Below, piece by piece: positions 1 through 11,640 of a DNA stretch of 64,000 bases (position 1 is the stretch's first letter; the number at the start of each line of letters is the position of its first letter). A program made the translations under genes and the position numbers. The notes beneath the pieces are model-generated. The model had not been told where the DNA came from. It made no database searches and saw nothing but the letters and a program-made list of their open reading frames with translations. Location: the NCBI RefSeq assembly GCF_018977255.1, contig NW_024704742.1, positions 79,362,001 to 79,426,000 of the forward strand. The letters are read 5' to 3'. Source of the stretch: Callorhinchus milii (lineage: Eukaryota).

Positions 1-379
1 TCATCTTCAGCCAGCTCCTCTGAATAATTAATGGGCATTAGATTTATACAATGACAAAGAGAAACAGTACAGAAGGTTTCACATGAAGGACTATCAAGCT
101 GATTTGTCCTTTCTGTTACTTCTCTGAGGGGACAGATAATAAGTTAATTAAGTTTCTAGTCTGTGTCTCCAGTATGCCAGGCACATCTGGACCAATGAAT
201 ACTGTAGATAGTTTCATTCTGACAAAACCTGATTTACCTTTTTAAGATCAATTATATATTTAACTACAAATAAGAAGGATCACTCATTATGCTGTAATCC
301 TTTATAGGTTATATAGGTCATTTGCCTTCAAAAAATAGTTGCTACACTTTACAGCAAATTCCGTGGGAGAAAGCAGGTT

Positions 380-775
380 GGAAATGTAGGGAGGTGCCAG
401 GACATGATGAGTAGATGAGTATGATCTTGAAATTGATCCGTTCTGTGATAGGTAGCTATTAGAGAGTGAGAGGACTGGTGTGATGAAGGTACAGAGTTCA
501 GTGTGGGTGAGAATACTGGCGATGGTGTTCTGAATCAGTTAAAGTTTGTGGGTAGCGGAGCTGGGGAGACTGGTGAGGAGGGCATTGGAGTAGTCGAGGT
601 GGGTGATGATGAAGGCATGGATGAGGATTTTGGCTGCGTTGGGTGTGAGGTATGGTTGGAGACAAGTAATGTGATGGAGGTGGAGGAATGCCATCTTGGT
701 TGGGCATCAATTGTGGGGACGGAAGGACAGCTAGGGATTGAACCCGACGGCTAGGTTATGTAAGTCTTAGGACAC
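380..775 (-). mobile_element. Old L2 LINE fragment (ORF2 C-terminal region)
   Basis: Minus strand reads LIHAFIITHLDYSNALLTSLPSSATHKL, matching the LIHAFITSRLDYxNSLL motif of the other L2 copies; contains stops. Confidence 0.85.
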
Positions 776-959
776 TGGATAGACTTTATATTAGAATGAT
801 TACATGTGTTCTGTGGAAGGAATGGACATGGTGAGCAAATTCCCTTGTAATTTGCAATTTCATGTCTCGAATGCACAGTGATTTTCACAGGAATTTTGAC
901 AAACTATAAATCATTTGTATATTTATATAACGTTCGATATATATATATTATAGCATTTA

Positions 960-1018
960 TATAATACTCTGGGACACTAACCTGTGTGAGGAGCTCTATT
1001 TAAATGCAAGTTGTTGTT
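960..1018 (+). mobile_element. L2 tail-only insert (decayed 3' stem-loop plus (GTT)n)
   Basis: ctctgggacactaacctgtgtgaggagctctatttaaatgcaagttgttgtt resembles the L2 3' ends at 17680-17740 and 54355-54419. Confidence 0.7.
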
Positions 1019-1074
1019 ATATTCCTCCATCAAAAACAAAAGAAGCTAGAGTTATGTCATATTTGAAACATTTT

Positions 1075-1225
1075 GTGGAACTCGATGCCCGAAGCAATGA
1101 TTTAATTAGATAGTATAGATGTATTTAAGAAGAAGCTAGATATACACATGAGGGAGAAGGCAATAGAAGAGTATGGGAGGGAGTAAGGAGAGGTTGGAGA
1201 TTCATGTGGAGTGCAGACAATTGTG
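1075..1225 (+). mobile_element. CR1 LINE 3' fragment
   Basis: tttaagaagaagctagatatacacatgagggagaagg resembles the CR1 ORF2 end/3'UTR at 44215-44300. Confidence 0.6.
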
Positions 1226-1289
1226 TGAGCAGTAACACAGCCCGTCCTCACAAGTAGAATATCAATATTCCGGTGCTTTTTCTCTTCAT

Positions 1290-2179
1290 AACAACAACAA
1301 CAGCATTACATTTGAATAGCGCCTTTCATGTCAGGAGGATGTCCCAAGGTGCTGGACAGACAGAGTTACAGACCCAAGCTGGGGGTCGGGGAGGGTGGAG
1401 GACAGGGGGGCAAGCAGGGAAATCGAAAGCGCCGTCGAAGAGGAGGGTCTTGAGATGGGTCTTGAAGGAGGCAAGGGAGGGGGCGAGGCAGAGGGACTGC
1501 GGGATAGAGTTCCAGAGGGTGGGGGCAGAGTGGCAGAAGGACCGCCAGCGATGGTGGGGCAAGCGAGGTGGGGGACGTGAAGCAGGCCGGAGCCCGCTGA
1601 GCGGAGGGAGTGAGCAGGATGGTAGGGAGTTAGGAGGTTGCAGAGGTAGAGGGTGAGTAAGACCATGGAGGGCTTTGAAGGTGAGGACTAGGATCTTGAA
1701 CTGTATCCTCTGTGTGATGGGAAACCAGTGGAGTTGGGCGAGGATAGGGGTGATAGGGTCATGGAGCCTAATGGGGAGAAGACACGGGCTCCAAAGTTCT
1801 GGATGATCTGCAGCCTATGGAGTGAGGAATTGTGGAGGCCGACAAGCAAGGAGTTTGCATAGTCAAGCCTCGATGTAATGAAAGCATGTATGAGGGTTTC
1901 AGTGGCCTGCAGTGTGAGACAGTGACGGAGCCAAGCAATGTCGCGGAGGTGGGGGAAGTCAGAGCGGGTCATGGCGCAGATGTAGAGTAGAAGGATTGTT
2001 GAGGATCAAACAAAATGCCAAGGTTTTCCGTCCTGGCTTAGCAAGGTGGAGTGTGCAACTATGGATGGTGATGCTGTCAGCGCCTGAGGTGTGGAGGCGC
2101 TGACGGAAGCCAATCAGGAGAGCCTCGGTCTTGTTGACGTTCAACTGAAGAAAATTAGCTCTCATCCAGGACTTGATGT
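1290..2179 (-). mobile_element. 5'-truncated L2 LINE
   Basis: (AAC)n tail and 3' stem-loop at the left end; ORF pieces [19 protein letters not shown] and LIHAFITSRLDYANSLL; colinear with 57664-58437. Confidence 0.95.
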
Positions 2180-3192
2180 TGCTTCTTGGTACAAATTAGT
2201 TTGTTTGAACTTGTTCACTGGCATACTTTTGTTTTTAGGAGTTGAGAATGGCACTTTTTACAGTTCGGTCCTGAACTGATTTCAAGGTCACAGCAAGAGG
2301 AGAGGCTTTTTATGTAAGGTGACAAAGCTGTCAGTTGAAATCAGGATGCTGACATGCACTTAGCTCTGGAGAGGAAAGGAAGCAGAGTAGCAGTGCTGTG
2401 AATGTGCGTTTTATCATGACAAAGGTGGAAACCTCCACTGACTTCTTAATGGGAAGCTCTGTGATATGTAAACAATTCATAGCATTCCATTTCCCAGCAT
2501 TGACAGCCTTGCAGAGCTTCACCAAACAAACCAAGATCCTGTCATGTGATTTGCAACTATTAACTCAGGTTTTATTTTGTTAATACAGACATAGGGGTAA
2601 CTAACATTTGTGGTATTCCTTGAGTTAACTGGCACAAGGAAGACATGAAGAAATCCACAAATGTTTTCCTTAAGTAAACTTGGTGTTAAAGTCTTCTTAC
2701 ACACCTCAATAATGAGTGAGCTGTTCCCATTCTCTGACCCTCTCCTTAGATCAGCCACTGTCAGTCCAACGTGTGTAACAAAGCAATGGAAAACAACTAG
2801 GTAGTCAGTAACCTGATCTAGGCTGTGGAAGTATTGGTCTAACTCTATATAAGGAGGATAAACATTGGAATTCCTCTACCAAGTTTACATCACCTTAGAT
2901 TGAGTTAGACCCATGAGACTGGCATTCCCCTGGCCCAAATAAGCAAGCCTATTGTCCATTTCCTTTTGTTTTATCATTGGGCTGCTGGCAGCTGATCTGG
3001 AGGAGCCATCAAGTGGCTCAGAGACTGAGAGTGAGGAGACTTTACTTAAAGTATAATTAAGGAACAAATTTGCAGGTATCCCTACACACAATGAATGTTT
3101 TGAGGCATGCTGCAAATTTTATTCCATGGTTTTTGTAACAAATTTCTGTTTGTTTTAAAGTAACACACTAATTGCATTCTTCATTTAATTCG

Positions 3193-3271
3193 GGGGTGAA
3201 AATGATAGTATGTGACGTGAGTGCTAATTATTACCAGAGGTAATTACATTGCACACCAATTTTTTCACCCC
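3193..3271. repeat. Short palindromic element (MITE-like)
   Basis: Terminal inverted repeat GGGGTGAAAA/TTTTCACCCC with internal GTGC/GCAC and ATTACC-aga-GGTAAT pairing; no TSD seen. Confidence 0.55.
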
Positions 3272-3621
3272 ATGAATCATAATGAGCTTAAAAGTATTTC
3301 AAGGTACTGGGATCTAGTACTAGAAGAATGAAGAACAAAATTGCCTGTTTCTCCTCACTTTTTGCTTTCAACCACGTAAACAGGTGGTTACAAATGATAG
3401 TGTAAAGATCCACACTTGCAGTCTCTGGGAAATCCACTAACTGATTCAGTACCTACAAAGAAGCCTTGAGCTTAGTGTTCAGATATATTTTAAGTGTCTG
3501 AAAATTGTGGTGTTGAAGTACCACATTAAAAAAAATTGCGTTGAAAACAAAATTCCAAATGGCCCATTATTCAATTAATTCCAAGTCAATCTCATTATTG
3601 TCATCTCCAAAGTGGATGCTT

Positions 3622-3671
3622 TAATAGTAATAATAATAGTAATAGTAATAATAATAGTAATATTAATAATA
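3622..3671. repeat. (TAA/TAG)n simple repeat
   Basis: taatagtaataataatagtaatagtaataataatagtaa. Confidence 0.9.
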
Positions 3672-4188
3672 AGTGCAGTGACTATAAACACAGCAGGAAT
3701 TTGGGCACAGCAATGTCCCACAAACAGCCATTAAATGAATCACCAATTTTTTTTTTTACTTGAGGGATTGTTGGACAGCAGAACGGGAGAAACGCCCTTC
3801 TCTTTTTGAACAGTGCCATCGGATCTTTAAGATCCACCTGAACAGATAGACAAGACCTTGGTGTAACAATAAAGTTATTTTAATACAATATAATCTTTGC
3901 ATTTGATACAGTGCCTTTTCACATCTTTGAGACTTCTCAAAGGGCTTTACAGGATATACTGTAAAGTGAATTGACTGTATATTATTGCAAGTGAAACGCG
4001 GCAGCCAATTGCGCACAGCAGTGTCCCACAAACAGTCATGGATAGAGTTTATCTCTGATGATGCAGTACTCCCCCAGTATTGTGCTGGACTGTTAGCTTG
4101 GACTATGAGATCAAAGCCCCTACTTGGAGCTTGAACCCACAACCTTCTGACTCAGAGGTGAGACTGCTACCGACTGAGCCAGGCTGAT
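3672..4188 (-). mobile_element. Old tRNA-derived Deu-domain SINE, interrupted by a 3' fragment of the younger SINE (about 3885-4048)
   Basis: Pol III head (reverse complement cagcctggctcagtcggtagc...gggttcaagc); Deu body aaagatccgatggcactgttcaaaaagag and tgtgggacattgctgtg. Confidence 0.85.
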
Positions 4189-4963
4189 ACATGGATTGCA
4201 CAGCAAGTAGGGCAATGTAAAAGTTGCTGTGAAAAAACTTTATTTCAGGTTCCAATTTCTGGAACCTGTATAGAAGCAGCTGCCCAGCATGGAACCTGCA
4301 ACTTGTCTGTAAAGAGGAAACAAGGCTCCAGATGGAATGTGTTGCAGTGGAACATGCTCGAAGCTGTGGAGAAGTCAAAATGTCACTTCTCATTATCTGC
4401 AGTTTGTGTGTCCAGTGGGGCAGAGACATTGCTTGAAATTGCACTTGAAGAGAGGATGCCATCCAATTGGCTTCTTATCCTTCTTCATTCCCCAGCATGA
4501 TCCAGAGCAGATTTAACGCTTGCATTTTTTTTAGAAAAAGCAACTGAAAGACTTACGATTTACTTTACTATCTATCGTGGATCTGAACTCGACAGATGTG
4601 ATGTATGACTCTGGTTTCATCTACGGAATACTTGTCACGAACCTGTGAATTGATTGCTTTGCCGAGTGAAGGATTCAAGATGAGGAACTTTCATTTCAAT
4701 AGCGCATTATCACATTGAAACGTCTCTTAAGTGCTGCACCGTAATTATTGTCAAAGTGTGGTGGGTGTGTTCAGCCCCGATTTAAAGTCTTGTAGAGCAG
4801 GATGCAGAAACCGGGCATGCCATTCCAATTTGCTATACTGCTAGGAGCAAATCAGTATCATTGGATCACTCTTGTCAGTATAAAATACAACATAAAATAA
4901 CCCCCTGTAATAAAGAATTTATGCGTGCTAATGCACATTTAAATCAGCATTTCCAACAGCCTG

Positions 4964-5160
4964 CAACAACAGCAGCAACAAATTGTATTTATGTAGCGGC
5001 CTTCATGTTAGAAGGATGTCTCAAGGTGCTGAACAGTTAAGGTTTTGCACCTGAGCTGGGGGCTGGAATTAACAGGGTTAGACGATAGGCGGATTGTGGC
5101 TGAAGACAGGGTCAAAGAGGAAGGTGCTGAGATGGGCCTTGAAGGAGGCGAGGGAGGGGA
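4964..5160 (-). mobile_element. L2 3' fragment
   Basis: (CAA)n tail, decayed stem-loop, SLASFKAHLSTFLFD on minus strand. Confidence 0.85.
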
Positions 5161-6515
5161 ACTTCCTCTGGTGAGCTTTCCCTAGTACAAACATGTCAAC
5201 AAGTAGAAATATTAATTTGATAAAGGAAACAAAATGGAGTGATATGTCCCAGTCATTCAAGCGTATTGATGCAATTGACAGCAACAACGCTGTAAGAACA
5301 GGAACTGGTAATAATATAGAGCGTTCTTGCTTATCCTTTATCTTAAATAGATGAGGTCTTCATTATATTATAGTCCTGTTATCTCTTTCTGTGACAGAGA
5401 ATGGTTGAAGACAGGAATCATCTACAACTGGAGCTATGAACTGGCTGGAATTTCCTGCACAGAATCGTAAACTCTGCCCTTCCAGCAGTGACTATTTCTG
5501 GGGGTTTATTTTGCCTAGAGGTCACTAAAAATTAGACATAAAATAGATCAATGGGTTATATTAACACACAAAAAAAAATCCTTGGCATATTACATCAGCA
5601 CTGTATAACCTTTGAGGTCTGCAGCATAGTGAAGCGCAACATGGTTTATTTCGGCAGGTGGTGGGGAAAAAAAATACATCAATTTAGTGATTGGAATACA
5701 GTATTGATTGTATATTGGGAGATAAGAATAATAATTCTTCCATTTGGTATAGAGCCTTATCACATCTTTGAGATGTCTCAAAGTGCTTCATGGAATATAC
5801 TGTTAAGTTAATTGACTGTATATTTTGTGTAATAAAACACGGCAGCCAATTGTGGACAGAAGCAGTCCCGCAAACAGTTATGGATTGAGATACCAAATTA
5901 TTATGTTTTCTTAACTTTTTTAAAGCGATTGTTACCCCCAGAAATGCGATCCGTCAATCGACAACCAACCGAGTTCCTACTTACTGCTAGGTAAACAGAG
6001 GCATGTGGAGGGAGGAAGCTTACCTAACATTTCACCCTGCCCGGAAATCGAATCCAGTCTTAGACAACCCCAGGCTACTCGTCTCTATCACCAATCAGCT
6101 CCTCTGCACACCCTTTCATGCCGCGTCCATCTTCACCTCCAAAGCCAAATGTGAGGTGATACTGGACTTCCTCAAATCCAAAGTCAAGGGGATGCACTCA
6201 GCTGCCTCTGCCCTTCCATCTACTAGCCCCTCCTCATCTTCCTTTCCCACGGCCCCTACCTATCCCTCCCTCCACATCTTTGAACCTGTCTCGCCCTTCT
6301 GTCTCATTACCACCATAACCCACATGAAACCAATCACCTGCTCCCTCGACCGCATCTCTACCCCACTCCTTACCTCCCAGCTCCACCTCCTTGCCCTTCT
6401 AGTCACTGACATCGTAAACCTCTCCTGTCCTCTGGTACTGTTCCCACCCCTTTAAAATCGGCCGTTATCACTCCAATCCTTAAAACCTGGATCCATCCCT
6501 GCTCTCAAACTACCA

Positions 6516-6831
6516 TCCTGTAGCTCAGTGGTTGAGCACTCGCTTTGCAAGCCAGAGACCTGAGTTCAATTCCAGGTAGGGCGAAACCTTGGGCAAGTTT
6601 CCTTACTCCATACGCCTAATAATAATCCCTCCAAAACCAAAAACAATAATAAATTGGTCATTTTCAATCCACGACTGTTTGCGGGACATTGCTGTGCGCA
6701 ATTGGCTGCCGCGTTCGCCCACAAATATACAGTCAATTCACTTTACAGTGTGTTCTGTGAAGCGCTTTGGGACGTCCTCCCGACGTGAAAAGCTCTATAT
6801 CAAATGCAAGGATTATTATTATTATTATTAT
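6516..6831 (+). mobile_element. Young short-form tRNA-Ala/Deu SINE inserted in L2 RT
   Basis: Near-identical to 37226-37561; splits the NYxPISN motif; ATCCT at both junctions; (ATT)n tail. Confidence 0.95.
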
Positions 6832-7415
6832 CCTATCTCCAACCGCACTTTCCTCTCCAAAGTCCTGGAACGAGTTTTGCTTCGCTCCTTTCTCTCCAGC
6901 CACTCCCTTCACAAACCCTTCCAATCGGGTTTCCCTGCCGCCCACAGCACAGAAACAGCCCTGGTCAAAGTGACAAATGACATTCTGTGCATCTGCAAAC
7001 AGTGCTCCCTCTGCCTCCTCATCCTCCTTGACCTCTCTGCTGCCTTCGACCACTCTATCCTCATCCGCTGGCTCTCCTCTTACCTCAACCTTCGCGGTTC
7101 TGTCCTTGAATGGTTCAGATTGTACCTCTCACACTGCCTCCACTTCATCTCCACAAACGGTTTCTCCTCTAGCACCCACACCATCTCGTGTGGTGTTCCT
7201 CAGGGCTCTGTCCTTGGTCCCCTCCTCTTCAATACCTATATGCTCCTTCTTGGTGACATCATCCACAGATATGGGGTTAACTTCAACATGTATGCGGATG
7301 ACACCCAACAGTACCTTTCTGCCTCCACCCTTGACTCCAGGACCACTGCTGTGGTGACAGAACGTCTGTCAGAGCTCAGGTCCTGGATGAGATCTAACTT
7401 TCTTCAGTTGAACGT

Positions 7416-8017
7416 CAACAACAACAACAACAACAACAAGATTCCATTTATAAAGCGCCTTTCACGTCAGGAGGACGTCCCAAGGCGCTGTACAGTTGGG
7501 TCATGACCCGAGCAGGGGGGAAATGGTCAGGGTGAGGGAAGGGAGGGAGCAAGGAGGGGGGAAATGGTCAGGGTGAGGGGAGGGAAGGGAGGGAGCGAGG
7601 AGGGGGAAGAGAGTCGAGAGGGGAGCTGAAGGCACGGTCAAAGAGAAAGGTTTTGAGACCAGCCTTGAAGGAGGAAAGGGAGGAAGCAAGGCGAAGGCAC
7701 TGGGGGATGGAGTTCCAGAGCCTGGGGGTTGAGAGGCTGAAGGCCCGACCACCGATGGTAGGGCGGTTGGGGCGGGGGACGTGGAGCAGACTGGAGCCAG
7801 AGGAACGGAGGGTACGGGCAGGTAGGTAGGGGGATAGTAGGTTGGAGAGGTAGGAGGGAGCAAGGCCGTGAATGGCCTTGTAGGTGAGGATGAGGATCTT
7901 GAAATCAATCCTCTGGGGGATGGGGAGCCAGTGGAGGCGAGCGAGGGTGGGAGTGATGTGGTCCCGAAGCCTGGTGCGCGACAGTACACGAGCTGCAGAG
8001 TTCTGAATGACCTGCAA
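7416..8017 (-). mobile_element. Young L2 3' fragment inserted antisense in older L2
   Basis: Near-identical to 20192-20790; host sequence gtcaacaagacc is split with CAACAA on both sides (7416-7421, 8018-8023). Confidence 0.95.
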
Positions 8018-8909
8018 CAACAAGACCGTTGTCCTCCAGATTGGCTCCCATAAGTGCCTCCATACCTCAGGCACTGAAAGCATCACCATCCATGGATGTA
8101 CACTCCACCTTACTCAGCCAGTCTGGAACCTTGGTATCTTGTTTGACCCTCAACTATACTTTCTACCCCACATCCGTGCCTTGACCTGCTCTGCCGTCAT
8201 CCACCTCTGCCACATCACCTGGCTCTGCTACTGTCTCACACCGTAGGCTGAAGAAACCTTCTTAAATGCATTCATAACATCGAGGCTTGACTATGCAAAC
8301 TCTTTGCCGGCCTCCCCAACTCCTCCCTCCATATGCTGTAGATCATCCAGAACTCTGCAGCCCATGTCCTCTCCCGCACTCTGTGACCCTATCACCCCTA
8401 TCCTCCCCTGGCTCCACTGGCTTTCCTTCACTCAGAGGATGCAGTTCAAGTTCCTGGTCCTCATCTTCAAAGGCCACCATGGCCTTGCTCGCCCCTATCT
8501 CTGCAACCTCCTAACATCCTACCATCCTGCCCGCTCCCTCCGATCAGCGGGCTCCAGCCTGCTTCACATCCCCCACTTTACACCCCCACCATTGGCGGGC
8601 AGGCCTTCTGCCACTCTGCCCCTACCCTCTGGAACTCCATCCCGCATTCCCTCCTCCTCGCCCTCTCCATTGTCTCCTCCCAGACCCATCTCAAGACCCT
8701 CCTCTTCAACCATGCTTTCGATTATCCTGCTTCCCCCTCTGCCCAATCCCAACATCCAGCTCAGGTCCGAATCACTGACTGTCCAGCATCTTGTGATGTC
8801 CTCGCGGTGTGAAAAGCGCTATACAAATGTAATTTTGTTGTTATTTGTTGTTGTTGTCCTCCAGGCTGCGAGGCGATTGCTCTAACCACTAAACTACAGG
8901 ACTCCACAA

Positions 8910-9101
8910 ATTGGAGTGCAGTATTTATATTATATGGAGCAATTATGTTGCAGTATTGAGTGTATATTGTGATATCGGAGTGCAGTATTGACAGTGTATT
9001 GAGTGATTAGAGTACAGTATTGAGCGTATATTGAGAGATTGGAGTACAGCATTGAATGCTGACAGGGTGATTGGAGTGCAGTAATCAATGGATATTAGGT
9101 G
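8910..9101. repeat. Minisatellite, six diverged 32-bp units
   Basis: Approximate consensus ATTGGAGTGCAGTATTGAGTGTATATTGAGTG; units start at 8910, 8942, 8974, 9006, 9038, 9070. Confidence 0.9.
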
Positions 9102-9780
9102 TTTTTCCCATTCCAACATCAGCTTAGTATAAATTGTCTTTTAAACATGTACACATTGTAAAGAAAACTGCAGAGGGCATCCTGTGCAGCCTACTCCCTT
9201 TAACTCTGTTGGAAAAATACCTAGCTACAAAAAAATTCTACCTCTTTAGAAAATGGTCTTGAGTTTAGTGGGTATCTAAGACCATGCCCTCCTTGGCTGG
9301 TATGCTCCAGTTATGTCAAGGATGGGAAGGAGCTGTGTTCACCACAGGAGGCATTTGTTTCCTTCCATGGTTGTGCCCAACCCCAGAAAAGCTCGGTAGT
9401 GGCTGGGTAATAGTGTGGCTTCCAGACATTGGGTAACTCCAGATTGATTCTCAGTTTGAGTAGAAAGTCCAGTGACATATATGCTGTTGACATAAATCGA
9501 GGTTATCAGGGCACATTTATTTCCTTCTCGTCAGTAACAAGAAGGAAGAGAAGTGAATTCCTTCGAAATGTAAGTGAATTTTGTGAAAGGTAGAAGATAT
9601 TCTGCAGCAATGAGGTCCTTTATATACATATTGCAAACCATGTGCAAATAGATTTGTATTTTGTGAGTTATGTAACCCATCTATAGCTATTGTAAATAAT
9701 TTTGCATTTTATTTAACCCTTATATAAATTATGTGTCAACACAATTCAAGAGTGCAAGGGTTTCAGCCTAGAGAAATGTT

Positions 9781-10197
9781 ATAATAATAATCCTTGCATT
9801 TGATATAGTGCCAAACCATGTTGTTGAAATTTCTCAGGATTCTTCACAGGATTTACAGCAGTGTCATTGCTGTTATTTATAAGCAAACAGGGCAGCCAAT
9901 TCACGCACAGCATTGTCTCAGACAGCCATGAAGTGAATGACTGGTTTTATCTAAGCATTATAGGCTGGGACACCAGGGGAATGGCATTATTTTTTCAAAT
10001 AGTGCCTGGGGTCTTTGATGTCCACCCAATCAGGCAGAAGGGACCTTGGTTTAACTTCTCACCTGAAGGATGTCACGTCTGACAATCAATGCTCCCCCAG
10101 CATTGCATTCAAGTATCAGGCTTGACTATGAGCTCAAAATCTCAATGTGGAGACATAACCTTCAAACTCAGAAGCTAGAGCACTACCAATTGTGCCA
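9781..10197 (-). mobile_element. Old Deu-domain SINE
   Basis: (AAT)n tail, ggcagccaattcacgcacagc Deu motif, decayed tRNA-like head at right end. Confidence 0.8.
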
Positions 10198-11039
10198 GTC
10201 TTTGTTATGCACAAGGACACCATTAATATTCTTCAAGTAAAAAATCAGCACACACTCATGAATTCAACGTAATTTTGATAACATGCTCATCTTTATTTCC
10301 TAATCTTTGAATGTCTGTAAAATGATTTTATTGTACTTATGACTGAGGAAATCAAAGTCTGATGCAGTATTATCCAAATGTGGCATCAAGAATACAATTT
10401 TAAGGGTTAACCTAAGAAGCTACATTGAAGGCATCTCCTCAGAGTATAATGTATCGGTTACTGCTGTTACGCCTTGCTAGCAATATTAGTGCGTAGAGTA
10501 TTAACCGACCGGGAAGTCCTATTACGGAGAGCGATTAGAAGAGAATATGAAATCGAAAGGCAGAGTTTAAAGAGGGATGGTTACAATGCAATTGTGGTTA
10601 GACGCAGGAAACTGTGAGATGTGAGGATTGCTGACAAATGGAATTTAACTCTTGTACCTATACCTGAACACAGTATGCCTGAAATCGTCAGAAAGAAAGT
10701 ATGAAGGATGGGTGACATTTAAACAATGCCAAATTATAATTACACATAAAGGCTTTTCACATAATGGTTCAGTGTTCTGCATAACAGCTGCTGAAATATC
10801 AACCGTCAACCTTAATGTGTCTTAAACTGAAATTGCAGCACATTCCAGTGACAATTGATGAGAAAATGGGAATTTTACACTGTGATAGCAGTACCAAAAG
10901 CTCCAGTGTTGCAGTTTTATTTCACGAGTTGCAGATTCATGCACTAGAAAATGTTATCATTTGATTAAATTATTTGAATTTTTTTTCAAATAAAGTCTGG
11001 AAAGCAACAAAAAGTTAATGGCCATCTGTTTGGTGTGGG

Positions 11040-11175
11040 TATCTGTGAGATTGTCTACTGTAGCATCTCTGTGTCTGGTGTGATTGCTGTCTAACTGTCT
11101 GGTGTAGTGTCTGTTTGTCTGTGTGCCATCTGTCTGTCTGGATGTCTGGTATGGTATTTGTCTGTGTGGTTTGTG
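11040..11175. repeat. Degenerate (GTCT/GT)n low-complexity tract
   Basis: Repeated tgtct/gtctg words. Confidence 0.75.
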
Positions 11176-11229
11176 ACAAACCATTTGGTAAAGAGTAAAA
11201 TGGCATTCAGTTTTTTTTAAGTTTAATGT

Positions 11230-11640
11230 ACCCAATTATTTAATTGCTTTTTCCCCTCTTGCAAAATGCCTCTGCTCTTGGTCTGGTCAAGTCGTCTGTT
11301 GCTGGGTGTGGTTCATAGACACTGGTTGCCTTCCGCCACTGCATGGCAATTGTTCACTTGGGAGCCTGGGCAGTGAACATTGGCTAATCATTTGATTTTA
11401 CAGGGCGTCACAGCTGATCCTGACCTTCATTTACCCAGCTATAACACGCACACACAAGTACAATCACACACATAAGCAGCAGAGATTGCTGTAAAGGAAT
11501 CAGAAACCTCAGCTGGTTTTCCTCTCCTTAACAATGGGAAGGCAGGGCTGAATCAGCCTCATCATTCAATCCCGGCTGAGATTGAGATTCGAACCCAGAA
11601 GCTTGGACTGGGATACGAACCAGAAAGCTCTTGGCCTGTA
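11230..11640 (-). mobile_element. Ancient tRNA-derived SINE-like element (separate family; related piece at 56390-56600)
   Basis: B-box gattcgaaccc near 11587-11597; tcacagctga and ggctgaga/ggttgaga segments shared with 56390-56600. Confidence 0.5.

Larger units (their letters stand above)
6061..8856 (+). mobile_element. 5'-truncated L2 LINE with RT domain (decayed), carrying two nested inserts
   Basis: RT motifs [42 protein letters not shown]; 3' stem-loop and (GTT)n tail at 8785-8856. Confidence 0.95.
5722..8907 (-). mobile_element. Long-form tRNA-Ala/CORE-like/Deu SINE split by an L2 insertion (pieces 5722-6060 and 8857-8907)
   Basis: Body ends at aatcgaatccagtct (6060) and the head resumes at tcctccaggctgcgaggcgattgctctaaccactaaactacaggactccac; colinear with the intact copy at 37945-38315. 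Confidence 0.85.

Noticed and set aside
2885..3115. 76-aa minus-strand ORF in unique DNA as a possible exon
   Set aside because: Weak splice signals and no recognisable protein
6589..7506. 305-aa ORF with YADD
   Set aside because: Read-through of SINE, L2 RT fragment and antisense L2 tail; not a domesticated gene on present evidence
8910..9101. CRISPR-like periodic array
   Set aside because: No unique spacers, no cas genes, vertebrate context
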